Below are positions 49,598 to 60,090 of a stretch of DNA of 61,172 nucleotides, piece by piece (position 1 is the first letter of the stretch; each line of letters opens with the position of its first letter). Origin of the DNA: Candidatus Woesearchaeota archaeon. GTDB taxonomy: Archaea; Nanobdellota; Nanobdellia; SCGC-AAA011-G17; JACPNG01. Under the pieces are notes generated by a model that searched no databases, had not been told where the DNA came from, and saw only the letters and a list, made by a program, of their open reading frames with translations. The DNA is taken from the NCBI GenBank assembly GCA_964455655.1, contig CAYVWZ010000001.1, positions 58,825 to 119,996 on the forward strand, read 5' to 3'. A program made the position numbers and the translations under genes.

Positions 49598-51496
49598 TTA
49601 CTCAAGAAGCTTATATCCATCATCATCTTCATCCTTCTTAGGCTTATTAAATGCAGAACTACCACTACCAGAAGGACGATTAAATGAATAAGAACTATTT
49701 TTCTTATGAGAAGCCATTTGTGCTTCAGACTCTTTAATTTGTTTCAAAACTTGCTTACGATAATCAGAAGCAACCTTATCCTTATCATAACTACCCACTG
49801 AATATTTACTTACAAAAGGTTTTTCGCCAGAAGCTTTCTTCTGTTTAATTAATTCAATTTCCCTACGATAATTCTTCTTCATCGTAGCATCCTGATGTAA
49901 TGCACGACGTTCTTTGTAAGACATCCAATAGATTGAGAATGCCATCAACGCAAGCGTAAGAATTGCAATAGCCCAATATAACTGAGTAAAGTTCTTAGGA
50001 ATAATACCATTAATCATAACACTCTTAAAATCCTCTTTGAACTTACCAGAACTTACAATTAAATCATACACACCTGTAGGAATATTCAACCCTAGAGGAA
50101 TACGAACTGACTGACCAGGAAGAATACTAATTGTTTTCTCCTCCTTAAGATCAGGAGTATACTGAACTGTAACAAGACCATCATATTTTACGTTACCATC
50201 ATTCTCAACAACAACATCTTGACCTTCAACGCTAAAATCAAGAGCTTCAACAGCATCAACAGCAAAAGTTGCTTCAGATTTTAAGCTACCAGAAGAACCG
50301 TAGACCTTGTAATTACCAGGAATTGCGTTTGCCGCAAATGAAATTTCAATTTTTCCACCACTTCTAATACTATCCGTACGGAAGACTTTATTCTCAGCAT
50401 CACGAACTTCAATAGTGATTTGCTCATCAATAGGATCTGCAGCTTGATCAATAACCTTACCTGAAATCATAATTTTGTTACCAGGAGCAACTTTTGCATC
50501 AGACACTTCTAAGGTAACAGCAGTATGAAGAGGAATAACCTCAATAGGAATATCAGCCTTACCAATATTTCTATACGTATCTTCAACACGAACATTAATC
50601 TTATGCTGACCTGATTTTATATTTGGGGGTATAGGAACATTAATCTCGAATTCCCCAGCACTATTTACTTCCGTCGTGTAGGTTTGATTTTCTAAAGTAA
50701 CAAAGACTTCACCATCTTCAACAACATCATTCAATAATGTACGAGCTTCCCCTGAAACTTTAATAGAATCAGCAGGATCAACCTTATCAGCACTTGATTT
50801 TGCGAAGACAAATAAATCACTTAAGAGTGTAAAGGTAGCAACACTTGAAAACTCTTGAGAAGTACCATAGAGATCATTAACAATTATAACAACCGTATAA
50901 TTACCAGAAGGAATACCAATACTATTGTATTTGTACTGTAAGTTACCCTCCGTAAAGCTTACCACATCAGCAAGGAAACGTTCCCCATTTGTAACAAAAT
51001 AAATTTCAGCACTACCCGTAACTTGATCACCATTAACTCGTGTGATCTTACCTGTTAATGAAAAAGAATCACCAGCTTGAATACGCTCAACATCAATACT
51101 AAAATCACCAATTAATCTTGGAGAAACTTGGAACATTTCAGAAGTAGCAGTGCCAAGAACAGCACCATCCTGTGTTAGTTCACCACGAACACGACAAGAA
51201 CCTTTCATAGAATTACTTACAGACACTTTAGGAATAGCAATATCACCAGGGAATGAACGACGTTCTTTAGCTTTTAACGAAAGAGCAACTTTAGGAAGTT
51301 TAAATTCTCCGGACTCACAAACAACAGCTAATTCAAAATAACCTTGAACACTCGTATCAGACTCAACAAAACCTGAAACTCCAACAGTAGCGCCAGGATT
51401 TACTTCAGTCTCTGTTAATGGATCAAAAGAAACTCCTGCAAATACTACGGGAATACCGATCAAAAATAGTAAAGTTAGTAACACCCACTTTTTCAT
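49598..51496 (-). CDS. Large single-pass cell-surface protein with Ig-like beta repeats and charged cytoplasmic tail
   Basis: Signal peptide, repeated PG..I.VSG.V and GNYTV/GQHKI/GNYKV beta motifs, TM helix near residue 520. Confidence 0.7.
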   Translation of the reverse strand: MKKWVLLTLLFLIGIPVVFAGVSFDPLTETEVNPGATVGVSGFVESDTSVQGYFELAVVCESGEFKLPKVALSLKAKERRSFPGDIAIPKVSVSNSMKGSCRVRGELTQDGAVLGTATSEMFQVSPRLIGDFSIDVERIQAGDSFSLTGKITRVNGDQVTGSAEIYFVTNGERFLADVVSFTEGNLQYKYNSIGIPSGNYTVVIIVNDLYGTSQEFSSVATFTLLSDLFVFAKSSADKVDPADSIKVSGEARTLLNDVVEDGEVFVTLENQTYTTEVNSAGEFEINVPIPPNIKSGQHKINVRVEDTYRNIGKADIPIEVIPLHTAVTLEVSDAKVAPGNKIMISGKVIDQAADPIDEQITIEVRDAENKVFRTDSIRSGGKIEISFAANAIPGNYKVYGSSGSLKSEATFAVDAVEALDFSVEGQDVVVENDGNVKYDGLVTVQYTPDLKEEKTISILPGQSVRIPLGLNIPTGVYDLIVSSGKFKEDFKSVMINGIIPKNFTQLYWAIAILTLALMAFSIYWMSYKERRALHQDATMKKNYRREIELIKQKKASGEKPFVSKYSVGSYDKDKVASDYRKQVLKQIKESEAQMASHKKNSSYSFNRPSGSGSSAFNKPKKDEDDDGYKLLE

Positions 51497-51656
51497 TGTG
51501 AATTGAAACAAAATATGAGTATAAATAGTTTACTATAAAAAGCATGTTGAAACAATAGTAATTTTTATCACATTACCCATAGAATAAAGAATGAATTATG
51601 CCTTTTTTTACCTCTTGAGAGAACATTTAAATAAGAACACATAATCATGCAGAACC

Positions 51657-53405
51657 ATGAACCAAGAACAACTTGATGCATTACGTCATAGCACTGCGCA
51701 CTTACTAGCAGCTGCTGTACTCAAACTCTACCCTGATACAAAAAGAGCAATCGGACCAGCAATACCTGAAGGATTCTATTACGATTTTGAATTTAGCAAA
51801 CCAATCTCTGAAGAAGATTTAAAAAAAATAGAGAAAGAAATGGAAAAAATAGCACAGAGTTGGAAAAACTTTGAAAAAAAAGAAATAACACCAGCAGAAG
51901 CAAAAAAATTCTTTGCAAAAGAACCATACAAACTAGAACTTATTGATGAATTCAGCAAACAAGGACAAAAATTAACTCTCTACACCTCAGGAGACTATAC
52001 AGACCTCTGCAAAGGAGGACACACTGAACAACCAAGTAAAGAATTACGACATTTCAAACTACTCAAAATAGCAGGAGCATACTGGAGAGGAAATGAAAAA
52101 AATAAAATGCTCACCAGAATTTACGGAACAGCATTCCCCACAAAAGAAGAACTAACCAATTACTTAACACAATTAGAAGAAGCAGCAAAGAGAGACCATA
52201 GAAAACTAGGAAAAGAATTAGACTTATTCGTATTCTCAGAACTTGTTGGAGGAGGACTACCACTCTGGACACCAAAGGGAACAATTTTACGACAAGAACT
52301 AGACAATTTTGTTTGGGAAATGAGACAGGCAAGAGGATACCAACGTGTTGCAATACCTCACATTACTAAAAGAGACCTCTACGAGACAAGCGGACACTGG
52401 CAAAAATTCTCAGAAGAATTATTCAGAATAAAAACACGAGAGGGACACGAGTTTGCAATGAAACCCATGAATTGCCCCCACCATACTCAAATCTTTGCTC
52501 GATTCCCAAGAAGTTATCGAGAAATGCCACAACGCTATGCAGAAACAACAATGGTCTATAGAGACGAACAATCAGGAGAATTATCAGGGCTCTCACGAGT
52601 ACGCTGCATAACACAAGACGATGCACACGTCTTCTGCAGAAAAACACAAATCAAAGAAGAATTCTTCAAAATATGGGACATTATCAACAAATTCTATACA
52701 ACACTAGGATTTGAACTAAAAATAAGACTCTCATTCCACGATCCAGAATCATTTGAGAAATACCTAGGAACAAGAGAAATATGGAAAGAAGCAGAAACTG
52801 CAATAGAAAACCTTGCAAAAGATAGAAAAGTAAAATATTTCATCGCACCAGGAGAAGCAGCAATGTACGGACCAAAAGTTGACTTCTTATCACGCGACTC
52901 ACTAGGAAGAGAATGGCAAGTAGCAACAATACAATTAGATATGAACTTACCAGAACGCTTTGATTTATTCTGCATCAATGAGAAGGGAGAGAAAGAACGA
53001 ATTGTGATGATCCACGCAGCAATCATGGGATCTATAGAACGATTCACCTCTGTATACATAGAACACACCGCAGGAAGATTCCCACTCTGGCTATCACCAG
53101 TGCAAGTAAAAATTGTAACGGTAACAGACAGAAGTAATGATTATGCACAAGAGATAGGAAAAATGTTAACAGAAAACGGAATACGAGTAGAATATGATAT
53201 GGACGCAGACACTATCTCAAAGAAAGTAAGAACTGCAGAGTTACAAAAAATCCCCTTAATTCTAACTATTGGAGATAAAGAAGTAGAAACAAGAACACTA
53301 GCAATACGTCATAATGGAAAGAATATCTTCAATTACAAAATAGAAGCATTCTTAACAAAAATAAAAGAAGATATCAAACAAAGAAAACAAGAACTAGAAT
53401 TTTAA
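51657..53405 (+). CDS. thrS: Threonine--tRNA ligase, bacterial-type editing domain
   Basis: HSTAH, GFYYDF, DLCKGGH, RDHRKLG, KPMNCPHH, IHAAIMGSIERF. Confidence 0.96.
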   Translation: MNQEQLDALRHSTAHLLAAAVLKLYPDTKRAIGPAIPEGFYYDFEFSKPISEEDLKKIEKEMEKIAQSWKNFEKKEITPAEAKKFFAKEPYKLELIDEFSKQGQKLTLYTSGDYTDLCKGGHTEQPSKELRHFKLLKIAGAYWRGNEKNKMLTRIYGTAFPTKEELTNYLTQLEEAAKRDHRKLGKELDLFVFSELVGGGLPLWTPKGTILRQELDNFVWEMRQARGYQRVAIPHITKRDLYETSGHWQKFSEELFRIKTREGHEFAMKPMNCPHHTQIFARFPRSYREMPQRYAETTMVYRDEQSGELSGLSRVRCITQDDAHVFCRKTQIKEEFFKIWDIINKFYTTLGFELKIRLSFHDPESFEKYLGTREIWKEAETAIENLAKDRKVKYFIAPGEAAMYGPKVDFLSRDSLGREWQVATIQLDMNLPERFDLFCINEKGEKERIVMIHAAIMGSIERFTSVYIEHTAGRFPLWLSPVQVKIVTVTDRSNDYAQEIGKMLTENGIRVEYDMDADTISKKVRTAELQKIPLILTIGDKEVETRTLAIRHNGKNIFNYKIEAFLTKIKEDIKQRKQELEF

Positions 53406-53515
53406 TTATCTTGGGTACTTATGATACCACTTGAAAGATGTTCTCACTATAAAAAAGTATTTGTCGACAGTAAGTGAACAAACAAGCTTTTTATACAATA
53501 AATCTACGTAGCTTC

Positions 53516-54025
53516 ATGACCATGTTAGAAAAACTTAGAAAAGAGGTAATCGCAGTACAGAAAACAAAAGAGTTCAAAGAGTTCAAAAAGAATTCTCCGA
53601 ATGCTTATTTATGCGCAGGATTCTTACTTATTGAATCGTTAAACAATGCAGAATGGCAAATGGACTATTATTGCCCTGACAGAAAAGTTATGGCTACCGT
53701 AGTACTAGAAGACAAGAAATCTTCTGTCAAAGAATCTAATCAAATCTCACTCACCCCTGAAGGAGTTACTGAACTTAACCTAGAAAAAGTAGACTATGAC
53801 TTTGAAGACGCACTGAAAGTCATTGATGGACTACTAACAGAAAAATATGCAGGACATAAAGCAAACAAAATCATCACCGTACTACAAAATGTCAAAGGAA
53901 GCGAAACATGGAATATCACCTATTTAACCAATCAATTCCATGTGTTAAACGTTAAGATCAATGCAGAAACAGGAGACTTAATCAGCGAAAAATTAGAACC
54001 TATTATATCATTCAGACAAAAATAA
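53516..54025 (+). CDS. Hypothetical protein with PepSY-like C-terminus
   Basis: WNITY...NVKINAETGDLI pattern. Confidence 0.6.
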   Translation: MTMLEKLRKEVIAVQKTKEFKEFKKNSPNAYLCAGFLLIESLNNAEWQMDYYCPDRKVMATVVLEDKKSSVKESNQISLTPEGVTELNLEKVDYDFEDALKVIDGLLTEKYAGHKANKIITVLQNVKGSETWNITYLTNQFHVLNVKINAETGDLISEKLEPIISFRQK

Positions 54026-55090
54026 CTAAATCCATTCATTCTTTCTAAAGTACATTAACATTACTCCAGCAATGGAGAGCATGACCAACCAGACAATAGG
54101 ATAAGACCACTTCCAACCTAATTCAGGAAAATAAGCGAAATTCATACCATAGACACCTACAATAAACGTTAATGGAATAAATATCGTAGAAATAATAGTT
54201 AATACCTTAACAATCTCATTCATCTTATTACTCATAATAGCTAAATGAACCTGTAACAAACCTGAAACAACATCACGGAACGATTTGATAGTATCAATAA
54301 CTTGATTTACATGATCAAGAACATCACGCAAATAAGGCCTTGTTGATTTCTTAATTAAAGGAGTCTCGCTACGAATAATATTAGACAGCACTTCACGCAA
54401 CGGAATAATATTCTTACGTAACAAAATCAGTTCATGCTTTAAGTGACGAATCTCGTTCAAAACCTCATGACTCTTACGATCTTCTAATGTTTCCTCTAAA
54501 TCTTCAATATCATCACCTAAGCGATCAAGAGAATTAAAATAATCATCAACAATAACATCAACAAGAGCATAGAACAAATAATCAGAACCTTGTTTTCTTA
54601 CCCTTCCCTTTCCTTCACGAATACGCCTACGAATAGAATCAAAAGAATCACCCTTCGTTTCTTGGAACGTAATAACAAACTTATCACTCACGATAAAGCT
54701 TACTTGCTCAACACCAACCTCCCTTGATGTTGAATCATACGAGAGCATTTTTAATAAGATAAACATGTAATGATCAAAATCTTCAACTTTAGGACGAGAA
54801 TTCGTATTTGCTACATCTTCAACAACGAGAGGATGCAAACCAAAATGCTTTCCTATCTCTGCAACAATATGCGTGTCATGAATACCTGTGATATTAATCC
54901 ATGTAATAGAATTCTGATCACGAAAGGGAAGACATTCATCAGGAGTTGAAACAATCTTTTCAACAACCTTTGATTCAGTATAATCAATAACTTCAATTGA
55001 TACTTCATGAGAACGAGCAGTACCAATATAGACTATAGAACCTGGAGGAAGTCTTGATTTCTTCGAAACTTTCTTATGTAAGCGGCGCAT
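54026..55090 (-). CDS. corA: Magnesium/cobalt transporter CorA
   Basis: GLPPG-like RLPPGS, WINITG, FGLHPLVVED, YGMNF signature, 2 TM helices. Confidence 0.95.
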   Translation of the reverse strand: MRRLHKKVSKKSRLPPGSIVYIGTARSHEVSIEVIDYTESKVVEKIVSTPDECLPFRDQNSITWINITGIHDTHIVAEIGKHFGLHPLVVEDVANTNSRPKVEDFDHYMFILLKMLSYDSTSREVGVEQVSFIVSDKFVITFQETKGDSFDSIRRRIREGKGRVRKQGSDYLFYALVDVIVDDYFNSLDRLGDDIEDLEETLEDRKSHEVLNEIRHLKHELILLRKNIIPLREVLSNIIRSETPLIKKSTRPYLRDVLDHVNQVIDTIKSFRDVVSGLLQVHLAIMSNKMNEIVKVLTIISTIFIPLTFIVGVYGMNFAYFPELGWKWSYPIVWLVMLSIAGVMLMYFRKNEWI

Positions 55091-55137
55091 TACCAGCCTT
55101 GAACAAGTTCTTGTATTAATAGTTTTCTCATATATCC

Positions 55138-55344
55138 TTACTCAAGACGAAACACTTTATTTCGAGAAGAAGCACCACGAACTAGGACAGGAGTTTTCTT
55201 AAACTTCTTTTGTAATAATTTCATCACTTCAAGATTCGCCTTACCATCTTCAGGAAGAGCTTTAACAAATGCAATAAAAGAATCTTTTTCCTGCACTAAT
55301 TCAGACTTTCCAGAATGGGGTTTAACTTTAACAGAAATAAACAT
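55138..55344 (-). CDS. yggU: DUF167/YggU family protein
   Basis: VKVKPHS, P.DGKAN, LVRG..SRNK. Confidence 0.9.
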   Translation of the reverse strand: MFISVKVKPHSGKSELVQEKDSFIAFVKALPEDGKANLEVMKLLQKKFKKTPVLVRGASSRNKVFRLE

Positions 55345-55353
55345 AAGAAGAGG

Positions 55354-55662
55354 TTACTTCTTCGTAACCTTCTCCTCTTTCAAAATAAACTTTGCAGTAA
55401 AAAATACTACTAATGCAATAATGAGGAAATTAATCAACTCACCAATAAATGCACCCCAACTAATAACTATTGGCCCTAAAGAAAATGTTGCAGTCTTCCA
55501 TGCACCACCAGGAATAAATGGAGTAATAATTGGCATGATAATATTATCAACTAACGACTTAATCAAAGCAGTTGCAGCAACACCCATAATAAATGCAATT
55601 GCAAGACCAATAACTTTGTATTCTTTTAAGAACTCTTTAAATTCAAGCAATACTTGCTTCAT
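55354..55662 (-). CDS. mscL: Large-conductance mechanosensitive channel
   Basis: EFKEFL, V.GLAIAFIMG.A...L..SLVDNIIMP, G.F....INFLIIA; GAGGTGA SD before ATG 55662. Confidence 0.88.
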   Translation of the reverse strand: MKQVLLEFKEFLKEYKVIGLAIAFIMGVAATALIKSLVDNIIMPIITPFIPGGAWKTATFSLGPIVISWGAFIGELINFLIIALVVFFTAKFILKEEKVTKK

Positions 55663-55774
55663 AAAATCACCTCTTAGGCATAGCACTTGATGGTTCGTGT
55701 ATAAAAAGATTTCTTCATTAAACCCGAATCTTTAAAAAGCACTCTGGGAGCATATAACCCATGGAGCAGAGAAG

Positions 55775-57487
55775 ATGATCAGACAACCTATTGTGGCATT
55801 CGTAGGGCATGTAGACCACGGAAAATCAAGCCTTCTTCAATACATTGCACACATCAACATCACCAAAGGAGAAGCTGGTGGTATAACACAAATCATCAAG
55901 GCATATACCGTTACCATTGAAAGTATCAAGAACATGTGCGGACCATTACTCCAACAAGTAAAACAAATAACATTCCCAGGACTCTTATTTATTGATACCC
56001 CAGGACACGCAGCATTTACGAGCTTACGAAAGAGAGGAGGGAACTTAGCAGATATTGCAATTCTTGTCGTAGACATTAATGAAGGAGTAAAACCACAAAC
56101 ACTAGAAGCAATAGAAATTCTCAAAACGTACAAAACACCATTCATTATTGCATTAAACAAATTAGACAATATCAAAGGATGGAAATCACATCCAGAAAAA
56201 GCACTATTACAAAATGTTAATACCCAACAACAACAAACACAATTAGAATTAGACCAAAAATTATACGAAATCGTAGGAGTACTCTATGAACAAGGGCTAC
56301 CTGCAGAACGATTTGATAGAGTAGATGACTTTACCAAAAAAATAGGAATGATCCCCGTTAGCGCAAAAACAGGAGAAGGAATACCTGAATTATTATTAAT
56401 TCTTACAGGACTAACACAGAAATACTTAGAACAATCACTACGAACAGAAGTATCAGGACCTGGAAAAGGAACTGTCCTAGAAATAAAAGATATCAAAGGA
56501 TTCGGAACTACCCTCGACATTATTCTACACGACGGAACCATCAAAGTCAACGACACTATCGCAATAGCAGGAGTAAACGAACCAACCATAACAAAAATTA
56601 GAGGACTACAACAAACTGAAGGAAACAAACTTATCACCATCAAAGAAGCAAACGCAGCATCAGCATTACGCATTATTGCACCAAACATTCAAGATGTCGC
56701 TCCCGGAATGCCACTACGCGTTGCAAATACGAATGTAGAACAAATAAAAGAAGAACTACAAGAAGAAGTAGAAGAATCACTCATTGAAACTGATAATGAA
56801 GGATTACTCTTGAAAGCAGATAGTTTAGGAAGCTTAGAAGCACTCATCCACCTCCTCAGAGAAAAAAATATTGCAATAAAACAAGCAAGTATTGGAGGCA
56901 TCACTAAGAAAGACGTTGCAACAGCACACGCAGCAAAAGACTCCACAAACAAAGTAATACTTGCATTTAATGTAGAAGGAGAATCTGACGATAAAATCAA
57001 AATTATACGCTCAAATATTATTTACAAAATTTTAGAAGACTATGAAGCATGGAAAGAAACAGAACTCAAAAACCAAGAAACACAAGAACTACGAGACTTA
57101 CCAAAACCAGCAAAAGTATACTTACTACCACACTGTGTATTTAGACAATCAAACCCTGCAATCATGGGAGCAAGAATAGTTTTAGGAACACTCAAAGTAG
57201 GAACACCCCTCATGAAAGATGGAGAAGAAATAACCTACATTAAAGAAATACAGAAAGAAAAAGAGAACGTTACCGAAGCAAAAGTAGGAGATGAGGTAGC
57301 TATTGCACTCCCAGGAGTGACCGTAGGAAGACAAATCAAAGAAGGAGACACCCTCTATACAAGCCTCACCGAACACCAATACTTAGAGCTCAAACGAGTA
57401 AAAAGCTTTTTAAAGCCAAACGAAGTCGAAGTTTTGAAGGAAATCGCAGATATTAAGCGTAAAAACAATACCCTATGGGGATTATAA
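55775..57487 (+). CDS. infB: Translation initiation factor aIF5B (IF-2)
   Basis: GHVDHGKSSLL, DTPGHAAF, RKRGG, NKLD, KADSLGSLEAL. Confidence 0.96.
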   Translation: MIRQPIVAFVGHVDHGKSSLLQYIAHINITKGEAGGITQIIKAYTVTIESIKNMCGPLLQQVKQITFPGLLFIDTPGHAAFTSLRKRGGNLADIAILVVDINEGVKPQTLEAIEILKTYKTPFIIALNKLDNIKGWKSHPEKALLQNVNTQQQQTQLELDQKLYEIVGVLYEQGLPAERFDRVDDFTKKIGMIPVSAKTGEGIPELLLILTGLTQKYLEQSLRTEVSGPGKGTVLEIKDIKGFGTTLDIILHDGTIKVNDTIAIAGVNEPTITKIRGLQQTEGNKLITIKEANAASALRIIAPNIQDVAPGMPLRVANTNVEQIKEELQEEVEESLIETDNEGLLLKADSLGSLEALIHLLREKNIAIKQASIGGITKKDVATAHAAKDSTNKVILAFNVEGESDDKIKIIRSNIIYKILEDYEAWKETELKNQETQELRDLPKPAKVYLLPHCVFRQSNPAIMGARIVLGTLKVGTPLMKDGEEITYIKEIQKEKENVTEAKVGDEVAIALPGVTVGRQIKEGDTLYTSLTEHQYLELKRVKSFLKPNEVEVLKEIADIKRKNNTLWGL

Positions 57488-57489
57488 TT

Positions 57490-57885
57490 ATGGCAGAAGG
57501 AAAATTTACAATAAGCAACCCAAAAAACGGAAAAAGTTATACTAAAGCATTAGAGACAGATACCTTTGTAGGTAAGAAACTCGGCGAAAAAATAAGCGGA
57601 GACGAAGTAGGACTCCCAGGATACGAACTCCAAATCACAGGAGGATCTGATAATGCAGGATTCCCTATGAGAGAAGATATCCCAGGACACGGAAGATCAC
57701 AACCACTTCTTACGAAAGGAGTTGGAATCCACATTTCAAGAAAAGGAATGAGAAAAAGAAAAACAGTAATGGGAAGAGAAATCGGACCAACAACTGCACA
57801 AATCAATCTTAAAGTTCTTAAGGAAGGACCAAAGAGTATTGAAGAAAATTATGGAATCCAACCAAAAGAGGCAGCATCTCAATAA
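57490..57885 (+). CDS. rps6e: 30S ribosomal protein S6e
   Basis: ISNPKNGKSY, ITGGSDNAGFPMR, RKRKTVMG, AQINLKV. Confidence 0.95.
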   Translation: MAEGKFTISNPKNGKSYTKALETDTFVGKKLGEKISGDEVGLPGYELQITGGSDNAGFPMREDIPGHGRSQPLLTKGVGIHISRKGMRKRKTVMGREIGPTTAQINLKVLKEGPKSIEENYGIQPKEAASQ

Positions 57886-57903
57886 ATTCACAGCCTCATC
57901 GTC

Positions 57904-58191
57904 ATGAAGTATCAAACAAAAGCAATCATTATTGGAAGGAAGGGACGTATCGATAAAGAAGATATGATCTATCGACCATGCTTTATTTCTCTCTTCGATA
58001 TGAACGATCCCCATAAACAAAATATTGTTCCTAAAAAAATACTTGATTTTACCAAAACAAAGAGAGTAGACATTCAAGGATTAGACATGAAGTTTATGCT
58101 CATGGGCGGAGACTTAGTCATTAATGATCTAGAATACATAGAAGTTTCTGAAAAAGACGGTAATGTAAAAATTAAAGGTAAACAGAAATAA
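57904..58191 (+). CDS. Hypothetical protein
   Basis: 95-aa Lys-rich ORF downstream of rps6e. Confidence 0.6.
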   Translation: MKYQTKAIIIGRKGRIDKEDMIYRPCFISLFDMNDPHKQNIVPKKILDFTKTKRVDIQGLDMKFMLMGGDLVINDLEYIEVSEKDGNVKIKGKQK

Positions 58192-58210
58192 CACTCTCGG
58201 AGACAACACC

Positions 58211-58531
58211 ATGAAACGAAACAATATAACCTCTACGCTCATAGGAGCAAGCTTACTTGCTACAATCAATGCATGCGCACCAACATCCATACCCACATTA
58301 GACCAGAGATTTCCTATAATACGAGAACAAGCTCTACCATTCTCAACACCAACAAGTGACTGTGTTCAAGATGGACAAGATAGAATTTATTGCATTCCAA
58401 AAGCAGTTCCTGTAGAACACTCAAGATTCCCTACTGAAGGAACACACTTTTCTATAATTGATGACACTACCCGCTATGAATGTATTGATACCCAAGATAT
58501 GGTATTATGCTACCTTGATAATCAACAATGA
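58211..58531 (+). CDS. Hypothetical protein, possible lipoprotein
   Basis: MKR plus hydrophobic stretch then INA-C; further Cys pairs. Confidence 0.55.
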   Translation: MKRNNITSTLIGASLLATINACAPTSIPTLDQRFPIIREQALPFSTPTSDCVQDGQDRIYCIPKAVPVEHSRFPTEGTHFSIIDDTTRYECIDTQDMVLCYLDNQQ

Positions 58532-58785
58532 AACAATCACTACGTGAAATGCTCCTTGCCGGAAGTTTAATGCTAGGCTCAGGAACAGGAATTGTATGCC
58601 TTGAATACAGAGGATTACACGATCTTGTACAAGGACAACACTACACACCACCACAACACATAGCTGAAGAAGCAGCAGGTGTTGGGTTAGGAATAATTCT
58701 TATTGGGTCTTACTTTAAGTATGCAAGAGCTTCAGCAGAACGACAGAGAGAACACGATCTCAGTATTAGCACCCCCAGATCTTAG
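58528..58785 (+). CDS. Hypothetical 2-TM membrane protein
   Basis: ATGA overlap with the upstream ORF; two hydrophobic segments. Confidence 0.55.
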   Translation: MKQSLREMLLAGSLMLGSGTGIVCLEYRGLHDLVQGQHYTPPQHIAEEAAGVGLGIILIGSYFKYARASAERQREHDLSISTPRS

Positions 58786-58863
58786 TGAGCTTTAAGCCAC
58801 AATCAATTTTATAAACCAACATTTTCTGTACTTCTATAATCTTCTCTCGAGGAAACAAAAATC

Positions 58864-60087
58864 GTGGCAAAAAAAACAGAACAACACCAACCAGAAATCA
58901 CCATTGGATTAATAGGGCATGTAGACCACGGAAAAACAACACTTCTTGAAAGACTCTCAGGACGATGGACAGACACCCATTCAGAAGAGGTCAAGAGAGG
59001 AATCACCATCCGATTAGGATATGCAAACGCAACTATTTACAAAGACCCTTCTAAAAAAGAATTACCCTACACCACAAAAGCAGAGAAAGGATTCGAACCT
59101 GTTAGAACCATAAGCTTTGTCGACGCACCAGGACACGAAAGCTTAATGGCAACAATGCTCTCAGGAGCAGCAATCATGGACGCAGCATTACTCCTCGTAT
59201 CAACAACAGAAGATTGCCCACAACCACAGACCATGGAACATTTAACCGCACTCACCATGATTGGTGTAAAAAAACTCATCATCCTCCAAAACAAAATAGA
59301 TCTCGTAAGCCAAGAAAGAGCATTAGAACATTACGAACAAATAAAGAAATTTGTTAAAGGAACCATAGCAGAAAATGCACCAATCATTCCTATCAGCGCA
59401 CAACACAACATTAACATTGACATCCTCATCAATACCATACAAGAATCATTCCCCACACCTACACGGGACCAAAGCAAACCACCACTCATGTATGTTGCAA
59501 GAAGTTTCGACGTAAACAAACCAGGAACTGACATTCATAGTATGAACGGAGGAGTACTTGGAGGAAGCTTAAAACAAGGAATGTTAAAACTCAACCAAGA
59601 AGTAGAAATACGCCCAGGAATCAAAGAAGAAAAAGAAGGAAAAACAACATACAAACCACTCACAACAAGCATTGTAGGATTACACACAGGAGTTGATACG
59701 TTAACAGAAGCACACCCTGGAGGAAGCATTGCAGTACTTACAACATTAGACCCCTCTATTGTAAAATCAGACAGTCTAATCGGAAACGTCATTGGAATAA
59801 AAGAATCGATGCCCCCCGTATGGGAAGAACTCTTACTCAAACCAAATTTATTAGACAGAGTAGTAGGAAGTCAAAAAGAAGCAAAAGTAGAACCTATCAA
59901 AAAAGGAGAAATGCTCATGCTCAATGTTAATTCAGCAGCAACCGTAGGAGTTGTAGTAGAATTACGAAAGAACTTCATCCATGTCAAACTCAAAAGACCA
60001 GTATGCGCAAGCAAAGAAGATAGAGTAACCCTATCAAGACTTCTTGAAAACAGATTCAGACTTATTGGTATTGGAGAAATACAATAA
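58864..60087 (+). CDS. eif2g: Translation initiation factor aIF2 gamma subunit
   Basis: GTG start; GHVDHGKTT, HSEEVKRGITIRLGY, DAPGHE, QNKID, RSFDVNKPG, FRLIG. Confidence 0.96.
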   Translation: MAKKTEQHQPEITIGLIGHVDHGKTTLLERLSGRWTDTHSEEVKRGITIRLGYANATIYKDPSKKELPYTTKAEKGFEPVRTISFVDAPGHESLMATMLSGAAIMDAALLLVSTTEDCPQPQTMEHLTALTMIGVKKLIILQNKIDLVSQERALEHYEQIKKFVKGTIAENAPIIPISAQHNINIDILINTIQESFPTPTRDQSKPPLMYVARSFDVNKPGTDIHSMNGGVLGGSLKQGMLKLNQEVEIRPGIKEEKEGKTTYKPLTTSIVGLHTGVDTLTEAHPGGSIAVLTTLDPSIVKSDSLIGNVIGIKESMPPVWEELLLKPNLLDRVVGSQKEAKVEPIKKGEMLMLNVNSAATVGVVVELRKNFIHVKLKRPVCASKEDRVTLSRLLENRFRLIGIGEIQ

Positions 60088-60090
60088 CTC

